NCBI RefSeq assembly: GCF_037042905.1
Contig: NC_087250.1
Coordinates: 19,160,001 to 19,224,000, forward strand
DNA: 64,000 nt
From: Lytechinus pictus
Lineage: Eukaryota
Direction: 5' to 3'
This document shows positions 27,595 to 40,861 of this stretch, piece by piece (within the stretch, counting starts at the first letter, position 1; the number at the start of each line of letters is the position of its first letter). A program made the translations under genes and the position numbers. The notes below the pieces were generated by a model. It did no database searches. It saw nothing but the letters and a program-made list of their open reading frames with translations, and was not told the origin of the DNA.

Positions 27595-27858
27595 GGGCCT
27601 GTCTTACAAAGAGTTGATCCGATCAATCGCAAATATGGAAAGCCAGCAAAGTCAACATTTGAAATGCATGTTTGTTAAAAAAATTTGATAGATAAAAATG
27701 TATATCCATGAATTCATTGATTTCTTGACAATTTAATTTGTTCTCCTTTGTTTGCAAATGACATTTTGCAAATTTTCTGTCTAAAAATTATGACACTGAT
27801 GGATTTCCATAGAGTTATGACTGATTGGATCAATCGTAACTCTTTGTAAGACGGGACC
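27595..27858. mobile_element. Harbinger-like MITE (ACAAAGAGTT family)
   Basis: TIR with CAG TSD on both sides; same family as 28629-29196. Confidence 0.8.
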
Positions 27859-27881
27859 CAGAAGATTTTTTTATAAGAATG

Positions 27882-28153
27882 AAACCTTGCAGCAAGTTAG
27901 TTTACAAGTGAAAACTCAGAATCAAAGAAGACAGTTGAAGTCTGAGAAAAAAATTGTCAAATGTCAAACTATGAGAAAGTAATGAGCATTTGAATGTCGT
28001 GATCCTTAATGTCATGTATTGTAGGGGAATAAAACCTTCCAGTAAGTTAGCTTACAAGTGAATGAAAACTCAGAAATCAAAGAAAGACAGTTGAAGTCTG
28101 AGAAAAAAAATGGTCAAATGTCAAACTATGAGAGAGTTATAAGCATTTGAATG
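27882..28153. repeat. Local direct duplication (~115-120 bp shared), followed by a MITE (~28152-28365)
   Basis: 27882-27996 is repeated at 28032-28153; TGTTGCAAGAAA...TTTCTTGCAACA inverted ends follow. Confidence 0.7.
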
Positions 28154-28628
28154 TTGCAAGAAATATTTGCGATCAATTGCAAATATTCTGTTGCAATTTT
28201 ACAACCGATATATCAACGTTAGCTTTAGCAAATTAGATTAAACTTCTTGTTTCAAGGAGCAAATTAGCAATCAATCACTAATTTGCAATTAGCTGCAAGA
28301 CATATGGTTGATTTAGGGACTGAAAATTGACTTGCAATTGATCGCAAGTTTCTTGCAACACCCCATTAATGTCATGTATTATAGATCCTTACATTGTCCG
28401 ATGTGATGTCACACATATATTACTCTTCTCTTTGGACACTAAAAATATACCCCCCAAAATCTCTTTTTGCTCATTCTAACGATAGGTCATATAATCTATC
28501 CATGATATGTTTTGTGAAACGTCTACTCATTAAAAAACAAACATCAACAGACTTGAATTTAAAAAAAGAAATAACATCAGTGAAATATGAGGACATTATT
28601 TGGAAATTTGTATTTTTTGACATCCCTG

Positions 28629-29196
28629 GGCCCCATCTTTCAAAGAGTTGCGATTAACTTAGTTGCAATTGATCTGATCAATCACAACTATGGAAAGCCA
28701 GCAAAGTCAACATATAAAATGCATGTTTGCTAAAAAAAATTCTCTACATATGAATGTATATCCATAAATTCATTGATTTATTGATGATTTGGTGTGTTCT
28801 CCTTTGTTTGCAAAGGATATTTTGCAAATTTCCTGTAGAAAAAATTATGACACTGATAGATTTCCATAGATTTAGGATTGGATCTATCATAACTCTTTGT
28901 AAGACGGGGCCCAGGGCCCTGTTGTACAAAGAGTTACGATTGATACGATTGATCCGATCAATCGTAACTCTATGGAAATCCATCAGTGTCATTATTTTTT
29001 CTACAGGAAATTTGCAAAATGTCCTTTGTAATCAAAGGAGAACACCCCAAATTGTCAAGAAATCAATGAATTTATGGATATATGCATTCATATCTAGAAT
29101 TTTTTTGGAACAAACATGCATTTCATACGTTGACTTTGCTGGCTTTCCATAGTTGCGATTGATCGGATCAATCGTAACTCTTTGTACAACGGGGCC
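28629..29196. mobile_element. Two abutting Harbinger-like MITEs in opposite orientation (28629-28911; 28915-29196)
   Basis: GGCCC...GGGCC termini; flanks CTG / CAG / CAG. Confidence 0.85.
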
Positions 29197-29247
29197 CAGA
29201 TCTTGGCTGCAATGGCAGTTGGAGGATCTCCATAGATCATTGCATTA

Positions 29248-29820
29248 AGGCAACCACACACCTTACGACTGGTCTGCGACCCGATTTCAGAATAAAATGT
29301 AGAATTTGATGCTAATATTGAGACTTGGAATATCTTACTGTGTAATGTTCAAAATCGTCGTACGAATACCTATTTTCAAATCTGTGACTATGATTATATC
29401 CACTAGCGTACCTACGGGGGGGGGGGGGGCAGAGGGGCAGTCTGCCCCCCCCCCTGACGAGCCACCACCCATGCATGTATCCCTGCCCCCCCTGACGAGC
29501 TTGAAAGACCTTTTTGCCACCCCCCCCTGACGAAAATCCTATGTACGCCACTGATATCATCCTTCTTATAATACAAGCGAATTTAATATCTAGTCATAAT
29601 GACGTCATTGCAGTTGTACGATTTGCTACAATTTGAAACTAATTTGGCCTTTACTCCGAAAAAAAGGCTTGCAATCTGTCAAAATGGTTATATTAGTATT
29701 CTTTCAATTAATTTCAACCTCAAATAAAATGATATGTTCCATTCACATTTTCAGAAAATGAGCAAAATGCTATTTGTTCCAAAATCGGAGCGCGAACAGT
29801 CATTAGGTGTGCGGTGGCCT
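29248..29820. mobile_element. Harbinger-like MITE with a nested small element (~29401-29553)
   Basis: AGGCAACCACACACCT...AGGTGTGCGGTGGCCT with TTA TSD. Confidence 0.75.
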
Positions 29821-30163
29821 TTAGTGATAGCAATATTTGAATTCTAAACTTAATAATTTTTCTAAATAACATTTGTTATTAATATGCCTTCATCATATTT
29901 AAAGATGCAAGTGGGTAAAAAGCGCCTATCTTTTTTCACACTTTTTTTGACTGAAATATGTATTTTTCCCTCTGAAAAATTATTTTTGGTTTCAACGACA
30001 ACATTGTGGTGGGGTTATGCAATGGGTCATCAATACATGGCACCACCACAATATCTGACTCATTCATTATCGGTCTTGGGGTGGTGGCTCAACTTACCCT
30101 GCCTTCCTCTACATGTACAGTCCATATCACATACATTTATTGAAGATGATAACAGTAGAGTAA

Positions 30164-30855
30164 AGCTAGGCTGACACTTGCACGATTCGTGCCAATGCCC
30201 AAACTAGTCGTAAACTGGCGTGAAGTGTGCGTAAACCCATCGTGACTGCGTGCCATGTCGGGACAAGAAATTTGAAAATGTTCAAAATTTTGGTCGCAAC
30301 AAAATTTATTAGCGACCGGATCATGAACTGCGCACAAACTGTTAGTCAACTCGTTGTAAACTCATCGGGAGGATGCGTGCCATGACTGTCATGAACTAGT
30401 CTGCAAGCACAGACCCTGATTGGAACTTTGATCAATAAGTGTGCCTCCACGCAAAGACTAGCACATACAAAACTTGCTGTTCCTTCAGTACACAAGGCAT
30501 GAGTAGGCTGCACATTCAGACCCTTAACTCGAGTGAAGGGTTTGCCCAGCAGACTAGTCATGAACTACGATGAATAGTTCACGAACAGCTCATGTAGTGT
30601 TCACGAATATGGCGTGCCCAAGTCGGCACGACACCGTCCTTATTGCGCAAACTCGTCATGCGCAATCTATGCATGAACTTGTCGTGCCAGTTCGTGTCAA
30701 TGTGGACACTGATGGCCACGCATTCATGAACTCGTCATAGACTATGTGTGAACTAGTTGTTACCAGTGCGGGAGCCTCCCAGTTCGTGCCCCAAAATGGC
30801 ACGACTTGCCACAACAAAATCGTGGCCAAAAATTTGTGGAAGTGTCAATCTGGCT
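30164..30855. mobile_element. Harbinger-like MITE
   Basis: AGCTAGGCTGACACTT...AAGTGTCAATCTGGCT with TAA/TTA flanks. Confidence 0.65.
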
Positions 30856-31756
30856 TTAGTCTCTAAGGATGACTATACTCTGAAGATGAAGATAAAATAA
30901 ACTCTACAGACGTATATTGATAACGTATTGATATATTGAATATGACTGTCATATCAGAAACTTTATTTTCTACATTTCCATAAAAATCAATTCATTATAA
31001 AAGCATATCAAATCATAACAAATATAATGTAGACCCTATACACTGAGGATAAACAAAAGGACAAACATACACAATACAAAATACATCACTGTTAAGTTCA
31101 TGGTGTATCTGAAAACAAAACTTAAATTGCATTTAGATTTACATAATGAATCACTTTTTTTATGCCCACTATCAATATACATGTACATGTAGACATATCC
31201 CAGGGATATAAATGACAAAACAATATTAATAATATATATATATAATATTTTGCAGTAATGCGGGTAAAAAAACATCATTCCTGAATTTGGTTTCCCTATT
31301 CAAATAAAACATGAGAATTGCTTTCTTGACCAGGTGTTAAGATTCTTTCCAATGGTGATAAAAAAAATGTCTGATATAGAGTTTCCATTAAATTGAAATT
31401 GAAAAGGTTTTATTGAAATTATTGCACTTTGCAGCCAAAAGGCTGAATTGCGAACAATTTACAGGCATATATACATAGAGTGTACAGATTTAAAAACATC
31501 AAACTTGAAATGATGACGAAAATATAATGCAACTTAATATATTCAGGGCCGTAGCCAGAAGCATTTTGTTGGGGGGGGGTGTACCAGCTAAATTTGCCAA
31601 CTAAATTTGGCGTGACAGCGCCAACGTGAGCACAGGGGGAGTCTGATGGGGGATGTGCCCCCCTACAATAATCACATGCCAAAAGATTTTGAATTTTTAG
31701 AATTAAATTAGTGGCATTTGGTGAATACTTTGAGGTAAATTATACAAAGATATACA

Positions 31757-33601
31757 GGGTGATTCCATACGTGTCGTACGGGACATTTAGAGAACATTTG
31801 ACAGTTTCTTGACAAGAAAAACAAAAAATATTCCAGTAACTATGGGTGATCATCAAGTACTACCAGAGTGTTAGAAAAACCAAGACTTAACATGACTTGA
31901 ATTCACATCCTGTATAATACAGATTTAAAATAGTAATGTGTCGTACGGACGCAGAAAAGGTGGCTTTTTTCGAAACCTCAAGTTTTTACTCTAAAGTCTG
32001 TGAGTTGGACAGATAATTTTCATAGAAACTGAACTCGAATTGATATTCAATTACCCAAGAACAAACACATCTATGAAAGAAAGCAAAATAAACATTCATG
32101 AATAAATAAATCAAATTACAATTTTCGAGAACATTGTGGCGTACGGGACACTCAAAATGTGTCGTACGGGACATCTCTAAATTGAAGCCAAACTTTCTTA
32201 CTTTATGTCTCTTTGACTTCTTCAATCACTTTATTTGGCTGATGATAATGATAGTCCTATCAAACTAAAGATATTCATTATGTTAGAAACAGCAATTGGC
32301 TGAATATTTATGTTAATATATCATAAACAAAATAATGTGTCGTACGGGACACTTGTGTGTCGTACGGGACACTTGTGTGTCGTACGGGACACTTGTGTGT
32401 TGTACAGGCACTTGCGTGTTGTACTGGCCAGTCTGAATAAAACAATGAACTTTTATTAATCAGAAGGGGAGCATTGCCCCTAAATTCTTCCTTTTTAATG
32501 AAAAGTCTTTTAATAAGTAGTCATTCAGGACAATATAATTAAGTAACCTCAATATATACAATCGGGAGCAATATGTTATCATTTTTTTTTCATGTACAAA
32601 AAAGTAAGGAGTTTCAATACTGTATATAAAAAATTAGTGATCATCAAGGGAAGTCCAAATAGTTGATTGATATGTAATTTTTTTTTTTTACATCTTATGA
32701 TAATTCCACATTAGCATGCAAGAGGAAGTAATCTTCCAGGCTAGGGTGAATCAATTATAAAGGTTTTCTTTTCATGCTCAGTGACAAAGAAATAAACCTG
32801 CTCTGACCAGTGAAAATCACCAGTTTAGCTGAAGGGATTCACAAAAGAATACACCTACATGAAATCAATTAAGATGGTTACAATCACCTATTTCATGTTC
32901 TATGGAGATTAAAAAAAGTATTTTTTCAGTTCACTTTATGTCAAATCAATACTTGAATTAAAATAGGCCTCCTATTTATAGTTTCTGAATCCAAATCCTG
33001 CAATTAAATGCATTATATATTGTGTGTCGTACAGAAATGTCCCGTACGACACACACTGTGTCGTACGGGACAACTTTTAATAGGACAATTATTGAAAAAT
33101 GAAGGGCAGTGATTAGATTCTTATGGGATAAATCGATCACCCATGGGTCAAAGAAAGATAAACTGATATTGTGAAATTGCATCATCAAAAATAAAATTGT
33201 AGGGTAAACTTTTGCATTTTTATGTGTTGTACGGGACATTGCCAAAAATAGGTTCGGAAAAATCAGGGCTGCCCCTATAATGGATCATGAAAATGTTGTA
33301 GATATTATTTGGAACCATCAATGATACATTATTCCAATGACCTGCAATATTTTCAATCTTCTTGTGCTTTGCCAATAATTGTTTCAGGCAGTGTTTGTAC
33401 TCGACTATTTAATTAGCAAAATTATTGAAAATTGAAAATTCCATCGTTCCCCCACCAAAAACTATATGTGACTTCACTTTTGGTTAAAACTCATAATTTT
33501 CATAAAATTTAGGTATCATAGTAAAATATTACACTTCTTATGACTTATTGAAAGCATGTTGAAATGTATGATATTTTTGAAGTTCTAGTGTGGAATCGCC
33601 C
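31757..33601. mobile_element. Nested non-autonomous TIR element with 4-bp TSD (Sola-like)
   Basis: GGG(T/C)GATTCCA termini, TACA on both sides, many internal GTGTCGTACGGGAC motifs. Confidence 0.7.
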
Positions 33602-33792
33602 TACAAAGATATTTGCACTGTAAAAATAAACATTTTGGAGCAAAATAGAAAGGCTAGTGTGCCGTAGTTGCTAACTTGCAGTATAATGATATACCCTATG
33701 CATTAATAATATCAAAATAAAAGATTTGTTAATTTTTAATTGACCTTCTGTGCAAGATGTCTCAACTAAAATTTCAAGAGTGCTACTGCTAA

Positions 33793-34470
33793 CAGTGGCG
33801 TACCGTGTGTCGCGGCATTTGGGGGACCAGCAAAAATGTTGTGTCATTAAGTGGGCGCGCGAAGCGCGCTCAATTGCCAGGTATACTGACCTAACAGAGA
33901 CATTTTAAGGGCTGTGCAATTAAACGGATATGTATCTTAGTGATCAAATAATGCGAGCGCGATGCGCGAGCTGAAAATGTTTGATATTCAGTCCTAAAAA
34001 GGGACATTATAAGCAAAGTTTTTAATCATGATATGTACCTGTCTCACAAAACAAACAATGCGAGCGCGAAGCGCGAGCGGAATTTTTTTTGTATAACTTG
34101 ACCCTAAAAAGGGACATTTTAAGGACTATCTTTTGGAATTCATGAAGTGCGTACGTATCTCATCATAGTCATCTAATGCAAGCGCCAAGCGCTTGCTGAT
34201 TTTGTTATAATTACACCTAAGCACATGAAGCACTTTTTGTGGTCATTGTAATCATGAACATGATACGTATTTTAATAATGAAATATTGCGGGCGAGAAGC
34301 GCAAGCTGACAATTTTTGAAATTCAGACCTGAAGAGGGGCATTCTATGGCTTGTTTGTAGGAATTTACTATTTCACTAATCAAGTGATGCGAGCGCGAAG
34401 CGCGAGCTGAAAATTTGTTATAATTAGATCAGAAAAAGGGACATTTTTAAGGACCGTCTAGCGGGAATTC
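33793..34470. repeat. Nested element carrying ~140-bp GCGCGAAGCGCG units
   Basis: ATGCGAGCGCGAAGCGCGAGCTG...AAAGGGACATT recurs about 5 times; an inverse unit is at ~1652-1676. Confidence 0.7.
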
Positions 34471-35709
34471 ATGCACTGCAAAAAAAAACGCTGGTGTTGA
34501 TTTAACACCAGCCCGGTACCTATATCGGTCCACACCAGTGCAAACGTAAACACAGACTGGAAATGTTTTATATATTAAGGCCTTAAAAGGGGGCAATCAC
34601 TTTAAGTATATAGTCATGAAAAAAGCATATATCACTACATAATAACATAAAACAATAATAACTTGTTTTTTTGCCAACTGCAAACTTGTAGACAAGTCTA
34701 CAAGTTGTACACTTGTCTTCATGAATTTGCCAACTGCAGAGTCACTCGTTTTTTAAGTCTTGTGTTCTGTTCTTCTCAGTTCTGAAATGGGGCAGTACTT
34801 GTACATCACTTTGTCTTGCTTCTAATTTTACAAAACTAAAGTATTTGTTAAATCGTCAATAATTGTGGTATAATTTGCAAACTCACAAGCTTGTTTATAT
34901 TGGGGGAGGACAATATAGCTCCATCTGTTTTGTCCTTTGTATTTTGCTGACTAGTAGGGCTCTAAGCCTGGCTACATGGACTTGGATTTGCCAACTGGTT
35001 GTCTTTACTCCATAAGTCGTAACCTTCTTCGAAGTTGATACCTCTATTTTTTTTCTTTCCTTTTTTTCTTTCTTTATTTCTTCTTTCTTTCTTTCTCTCT
35101 CTCCCCCTCTCTCCTTTCTTTTTTTCTCTTCCTTTCTTTCCCTCTTTCTTTTTCTCCCCTATCCTCCATTTTGCCAACTGGTACATGATTTTGCCGACTG
35201 CCATGAATGTCTAGCTACGGCCCTGAATATATTATGTATACTAAAAGGAAAAGATGAAGTAATAGAAAAATACAAACAAATGTGGTGGTGGAAGGATGCT
35301 TATTGATAAACATCTTAATTCAAACAATAAAAAACTTAGTTTTAAGCAGGAACAAAAACGAAAGACAGGAGGGTGTCTGGGGACGAGCGAGCAGTCAAGT
35401 CCAATGCACAGCTCCAGCCAAGGATTGCTAATCCCACAACACCATTCAACCTGAGCAATGGAATTGGTTATTCAAATCCATCGCTCAGGTGGAACTTTGT
35501 AGGGTCAGCTAACTTCACCGGAGCTATGCATTAATAGGGCCGACAAACAATCACTTTCAAAACAAAACACACATTCATACCACGCTCCTCATTCATCCAA
35601 CGACCATAAAGACACTAAGTAAAAAAAAAAACATTAATTTACTAACCATCTTTTCCATCACATTTCACTGACCATGGTATATAACAAACCAAATGCATGT
35701 AATAAATTG

Positions 35710-35973
35710 ATCCAGTAAGACCAGTACGAGGACCAGTCAGACCAGTAGAAAATACCAGTAAAGACCAGCTTGAATTGGATACCAGTGAGACCAGTTACAA
35801 CCACCAGAAACAAGATCAGTATAAAATAAAATTCCAGTAATTCAAGACCAGTTTGATTTTTAACTGGACCAGTAAAATTTTAACTGGACCAGTATGACCA
35901 GTTAGACCAGTAAACCGATGTTCCAATTTCCAGAGTTACCAGTTAAAATTCTACTGGTCAGTTTCCTTCTGGG
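35710..35973. repeat. ACCAGT-rich repeat ending in CTGGG (TIR element remnant)
   Basis: Dense ACCAGT motifs, similar in style to 57141-58060. Confidence 0.6.
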
Positions 35974-36001
35974 TTGTCGGAGTCTTGCATGTAAACATTA
36001 A

Positions 36002-36399
36002 AGCTAAATTACAGTAGTTGCAGTAAAACACTAATTTCGTGAGAAAGTCTGTAAAACCAAGGTTAAGTATGACTATATCATCGAGGATCTAGATCTGGTA
36101 CAGTTACATAAACTGAACTTTGTGAAATCATAAAATCTAAGCTGAAATACGATCACACTGAAGACCGCCAACACAGATAAATACATGTGGGGCAGTGTAT
36201 ACTGTTATTGCTGGAATAAAGACCCGACGGAAGTGACCAAATCCGCGCTTATTTTGCTTATTTCTCAGCAATTACACAATTTCTTCCAGAATCCTTTGGC
36301 CCAAATTTTTTTATTCATACAAACAGACACTTAGGTGTTCATTATATTAGAATCTGTAAATAGTCATTTTGAGACCGTTACCACAACTGGCATTTATCT
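36002..36399. mobile_element. Kolobok-like MITE
   Basis: TTAA on both sides; imperfect TIR AG(C/A)TAAAT..CAGT.GT.G.. Confidence 0.7.
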
Positions 36400-36402
36400 T
36401 TA

Positions 36403-37185
36403 ACCAAGAGGAATGCCTCTGCACTCTCACCTTCCCTACATGATTCAATTTAGCAGCAGTGCTGACTTTGAATAAGAACTGTTGAAAAAGTATTCACAAG
36501 AAACACCATTCATATGATAATAGAAAACTATGCCTTCATTGACCCACAATGACCTTTGACCTTGGTGACCTGAAACAAATGAAGGATGTTCAATTATGTT
36601 TGATTACTCTTATGCCCAAGTTTCATGAACTACACCTATAAACTTTCAAAATTTATGATGGCAATTCAACAAAGAACTCAACATTGCCAAAGTTTGTTAA
36701 CCCTAATGATCTTTGACCTTGGTCATGTGACCTGAAACGTGCACACGATGTTTGGTGATACTTGACTACTCTTACCGGTATATGCAAGTTTCATGAACTA
36801 GATCAATAAACTTTCAGTTATGAAAGAAATTCAACAAATGCCCCCAACATGGCTAAAGTTCATTGACCCTAAATGAGCTTCGACTCTGGTCATGTGACTT
36901 GAAACTTGGCACAGAATGTTTGATATAGTTGGTTGCTTTTATATCCAAGTTTCCTGAACGAGATCCAAACACTTTCAAAGCTATAATGACGATTCAACGA
37001 CTACCCGAACATGGCCAAAGTTTGTTTGCGCTAATTGACCTTTGACCTCAGCCATGTGACTGGAAAGCCAAAAAGGATGTCCAGTGATAAACGATGACCC
37101 TTATGTCAAAGTATCGTTAACAAAATCTATAAACATTCAAAGTTATGACATTTTAAAAACTTAACTTTGGTTAGGATTTCAATGC
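36403..37185 (-). mobile_element. Older truncated Helentron-associated satellite element
   Basis: Diverged copy of the 42559-43742 family, with TGACCTTTGACCTTGGTCATGTGACCTGAAAC units. Confidence 0.75.
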
Positions 37186-37317
37186 CCATTCACCCCCCTC
37201 CCCCCCCCCCCCCCCCCCCATCGATCACATTGTTGCTGTTTGGGCTCTTCAACTGTATGAATTTGTGTCCTCTAAGATTGCTTCAAAGATGAAAGAAAAA
37301 AAGCCTCACTGCATTAC

Positions 37318-38696
37318 TCACATGCAATGGGCTTCCCACCTGTGCTTAGTTGTAATGTGATTTTTGAGAGAGCTACAGTGACGAAATGCCTTATCACAAA
37401 AATCACATTCATAGGGCTTTTCACCGGTATGGATTTGATTATGTCTTTTTAGACTGCTAGCACAAGTGAATGACTTACCACAATGATTACATACATAGTG
37501 TTTGTCAGAATCATGAATTCTTTTGTGTTCTTTGAGACGATCAGATCTATAAAATGTCTTACCACATTGGTCACAGAGATAATTTCTCTCACCTGTATGG
37601 ATTTGTTCGTGTTTCCTCATACATTGTCTGTCACCAAATGCCTTACCGCAGTGAACACACAAATAGGGTTTCTCACCTGTATGGCTTCGTTTATGCTTTC
37701 TGAAAGAACTTCCATCATTAAATGCCTTACCGCAGTGATCACACACATAGGGTTTCTCACCTGTATGGATTCGTTCATGTGCTGTAAGATGAGCTTTTCG
37801 ATTAAATGCCTTGCCACATTGATCACATGAATACGGTTTCTCACCTATATGGATGCGTTTATGGCTCTTTAGAAGCTGTCTTTCATTAAATGCCTTACCA
37901 CACTGATTGCATATATAGGGCTTATCCTCTGTATGAACTCGTTTATGTTCTGTGAGAAGATATTGTGATTTAAATGCCTTACCACATTGATCACATACAT
38001 AGGGCTTCTCACCTGTATGGATTCGTTTATGAATTCTGAGATTACCTTCTATATTAAATGCTTTACCACATTGATCGCATACACAGGGCTTCTCACCTGT
38101 ATGGATTCGTTTATGTGCTTTGAGACCAGAAGCATAACGGAAGGCCTTACTACAATAATCACAAACAAAGGCCTTATCACTAGTATGGCTTAGTTTATGT
38201 GCTTTAAGAGCAGAAGCAAAATTGAAAGTCTTATCACAATAATCACACACATACACTTCATAATGGATATGTACATGTGCTTTGAGAGCACTTGCTTCAT
38301 AGAATACTTTGTCACAATAATAACAAGCATAGCGCTTTTCACCTGTATGAATTCTTTTACCTGCTGTGGAATCCTCAACTTGATGATTACCTACCTTCTC
38401 ACATTGTATGGAGAAGTAAGAATTCTGATTTTGCTTTTCACTCGATTTCCTAAGAAATATTACATATTTAGTTTTCCTTCCTATTTTTGCACTTCCTGTT
38501 TCATCATGTGAAGGCTCTTTGGGTTTATCAAAAGGGTTTTGTATTTCTCCATTGATGATCTGCAGAACACGTGAATGGGATGAATCTGGTACCAGAATAC
38601 TACCATTATGACCATGTTTGTACTTGAGATGCCTTGCTAAGATGAGAGGAATAGCATAGGGTGATCCACAGTACTTGCATCTGCAAATTCCAGAAC
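37318..38696 (-). CDS. KRAB-C2H2 gene B, terminal exon: one isolated finger, spacer, 12 tandem fingers
   Basis: Phase-1 acceptor TTTCTTAAACATTAG|GT; my manual translation stays open (GSGICRCKYCGSPYAIPLILARHLKYKH...HTGEKRYACYYC...) into the 312-aa ORF. Confidence 0.9.
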
Positions 38697-38870
38697 CTAA
38701 TGTTTAAGAAACAAAGATATATCTAGTGTTATAAATATTGGAATTGATTAAACTGGTAAGTAATGTGGAAGCCTAAAATAAATTCCAGACATTTGTGTTA
38801 TGGGGGTCTCAAGAGCATATTCAGGATATTGACCAAAAGAAGAGTAAGTACAGTGTCTGAGCTGCCAGAC

Positions 38871-38930
38871 GAGTTTGAGGTGAAGGTAGGTGTACCTCAA
38901 GGTTCTGTACTGTCACCATTGCTAATTGGA
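38871..38930 (+). mobile_element. Non-LTR retrotransposon RT fragment
   Basis: Translates as EFEVKVGVPQGSVLSPLL, the GVPQG(S)xLSP motif of LINE reverse transcriptases. Confidence 0.75.
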
Positions 38931-39312
38931 ATTAATGTTTGAGAGGCACAAAAATATTTTTGTTAGTGGAATATGTCATGCAGTGTGAACCCTTCAATTT
39001 TGTTGCTTGTCAATTTTTTCTTAGGACAAAATTACATTGATTTGGTTGTGAAAACCCTTTTTTTTTTGTCAAAATTTTCCTGGAACAAATGACCTCAATT
39101 TGGCAGTGAAACCCTTTTTTTTTGGGGGGGGGGTCAAATTGTTAATGGAAGAAATGACCTAAATTTGGTAGTGAAAACATTTTCTCTGTCAAAATTTTCT
39201 GAAAAAGCCCCCCCCCTTTGGAAAATCCTGTATCCACTCCGCCCCTACATACACCTTATTAAAACATTACCATATTGAAAGCTTTTTAGCTAAATTTACC
39301 TCAATATATGTA

Positions 39313-40055
39313 CAGTCCGACCTCTCTTTTCCGGACACGTTGGGACCAGCACCAATCTGGATAAGGGATTTATCCGGATCTGGGACACCCAATATTAAAT
39401 ACGCGCAGCTGCCTCACAAATGGTAGCTACACATAATCTATTGTAGTGGGCCTACAGACAGTATTTCACTGCTGTCAGTACAAATAATGGGGTTTTTTTT
39501 GCGGAAATGAAATCGAGTGGTTGCCAAAACTCTTGGATGATTTACCTGCTGAAATGATAGAGGAATACATTGAGCATACCGTGAAAGAAAGAAAATTACT
39601 TGATGAAAGTAAGAGTCTAACGTAAAAAATTGGATCATCTTCGCAAATTCAGCCATTATTACACTAACTGTATGCTCAAACATGATAGATGGCGCTGTCC
39701 TAATACTAATGAAAGACTAGGCAGGAGCATGGACAGAAATTTCTGTGGGCCTGGGCGTGCTAACGAGACATGCATTGTTTTGTAAACAATAAAAAGAAAA
39801 CGTGATGAAATAACAAAATGCTTGTATTCTTTCGGTGATTTGGGCAAGATATTTTCATAAAAAGTAATGATGTTGCAGATATAGACTATATTGGAAAATG
39901 TATGTAATCAAAGTGAATTTGCGTAGAAATCTTAGATTGAAATCCCTATTCCCCACGTACTAGATTAAAACAAAAATAAAAAAATCTCTGCAACTTTGCA
40001 TCCAGAAAATATAGAGATCTAGATAAGGGGAGGCCAGATAAGAGAGGTCGGATTG
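39313..40055. mobile_element. Tc1/mariner-like MITE
   Basis: TA-CAGTCCGACCTCTCTT...AAGAGAGGTCGGATTG-TA. Confidence 0.8.
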
Positions 40056-40165
40056 TACATCAAAACTTCACTGCGGGCAAAGGATAATTACACAGTCAAA
40101 AAGTCCATCCAGTATTCAAAGTCCTTCCTATCATACAGCTCCATTTCATTTTAAATCATCTTTAC

Positions 40166-40471
40166 CTGAAAGATTTCCACCCTGTCCAGTTACTTGTCCA
40201 TTGTCTTCCAAAGAAGTTGCCTGGGACTGCTTGGGGGTTTGGTCAGTTCCTTGAGCTCCCTCTGTTAGTTTGGTCTTCTGATCACATGACTGGGTGTTGA
40301 GATCACCTGATTGACTACCCTGATCACCTGATGATGTTGGATTGGTTTGTAATGGGATGGATTTATCAAAGTCTGTTGATTCAAGGAGATCACCATTTCC
40401 CAAGTCCTTTAGGATCGGTTTCTTTTCACTTTGCTGAGGCTGCAAAAGCTCCGATGAACGGACATCTAATC
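40166..40471 (-). CDS. KRAB-C2H2 gene B, coding exon 4 (polar spacer, 306 nt)
   Basis: Acceptor TTTTGAAAATAG|GA, donor CAG|GTAAAG, phase 1-1, open frame (GLDVRSSELLQ...GGNLS). Confidence 0.75.
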
Positions 40472-40861
40472 CTATTTTCAAAAGCAGAGGCAAGGTTGGA
40501 AGATATCTCAAGAACTTTTCAGTAAAAGAAAAAAAAAAGAAGGATCTTGTAGGTAACTATTTTTGCTACCTGCAGGTTACCCACATTGGCAGTCTCTAGC
40601 ATGCATCTCACATGCAGTTGCCAGCAGAAGCAAATGCAAGTCTGATTGGCAGGTTGAAATTATTTTAACATGCTTAAAACCTTTTTGCAGGTGGGTTGGG
40701 GGCACGGGCAATCACCCACAAGGCTTGCGCAGAATTACGTGACATGGCGCTTATAGTTTATTTTTTTCTTTATGTAGTACATAGTATATGATACTTGATA
40801 GTAATAACATCCTGATCATTATTAAAGGACAAGTCCACGCCAACGAAAAGTTGATTTGAAT

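Larger units (their letters stand above)
31544..35225. mobile_element. hAT-like non-autonomous element with nested insertions
   Basis: TIR CAGGGCCGTAGC...GCTACGGCCCTG; exact 8-bp TSD AATATATT (31536-31543; 35226-35233). Confidence 0.85.

Noticed and set aside
38256..38256. ORF-track start of the 312-aa ZNF protein
   Set aside because: It is an internal GTG; the frame stays open up to the acceptor at 38697.
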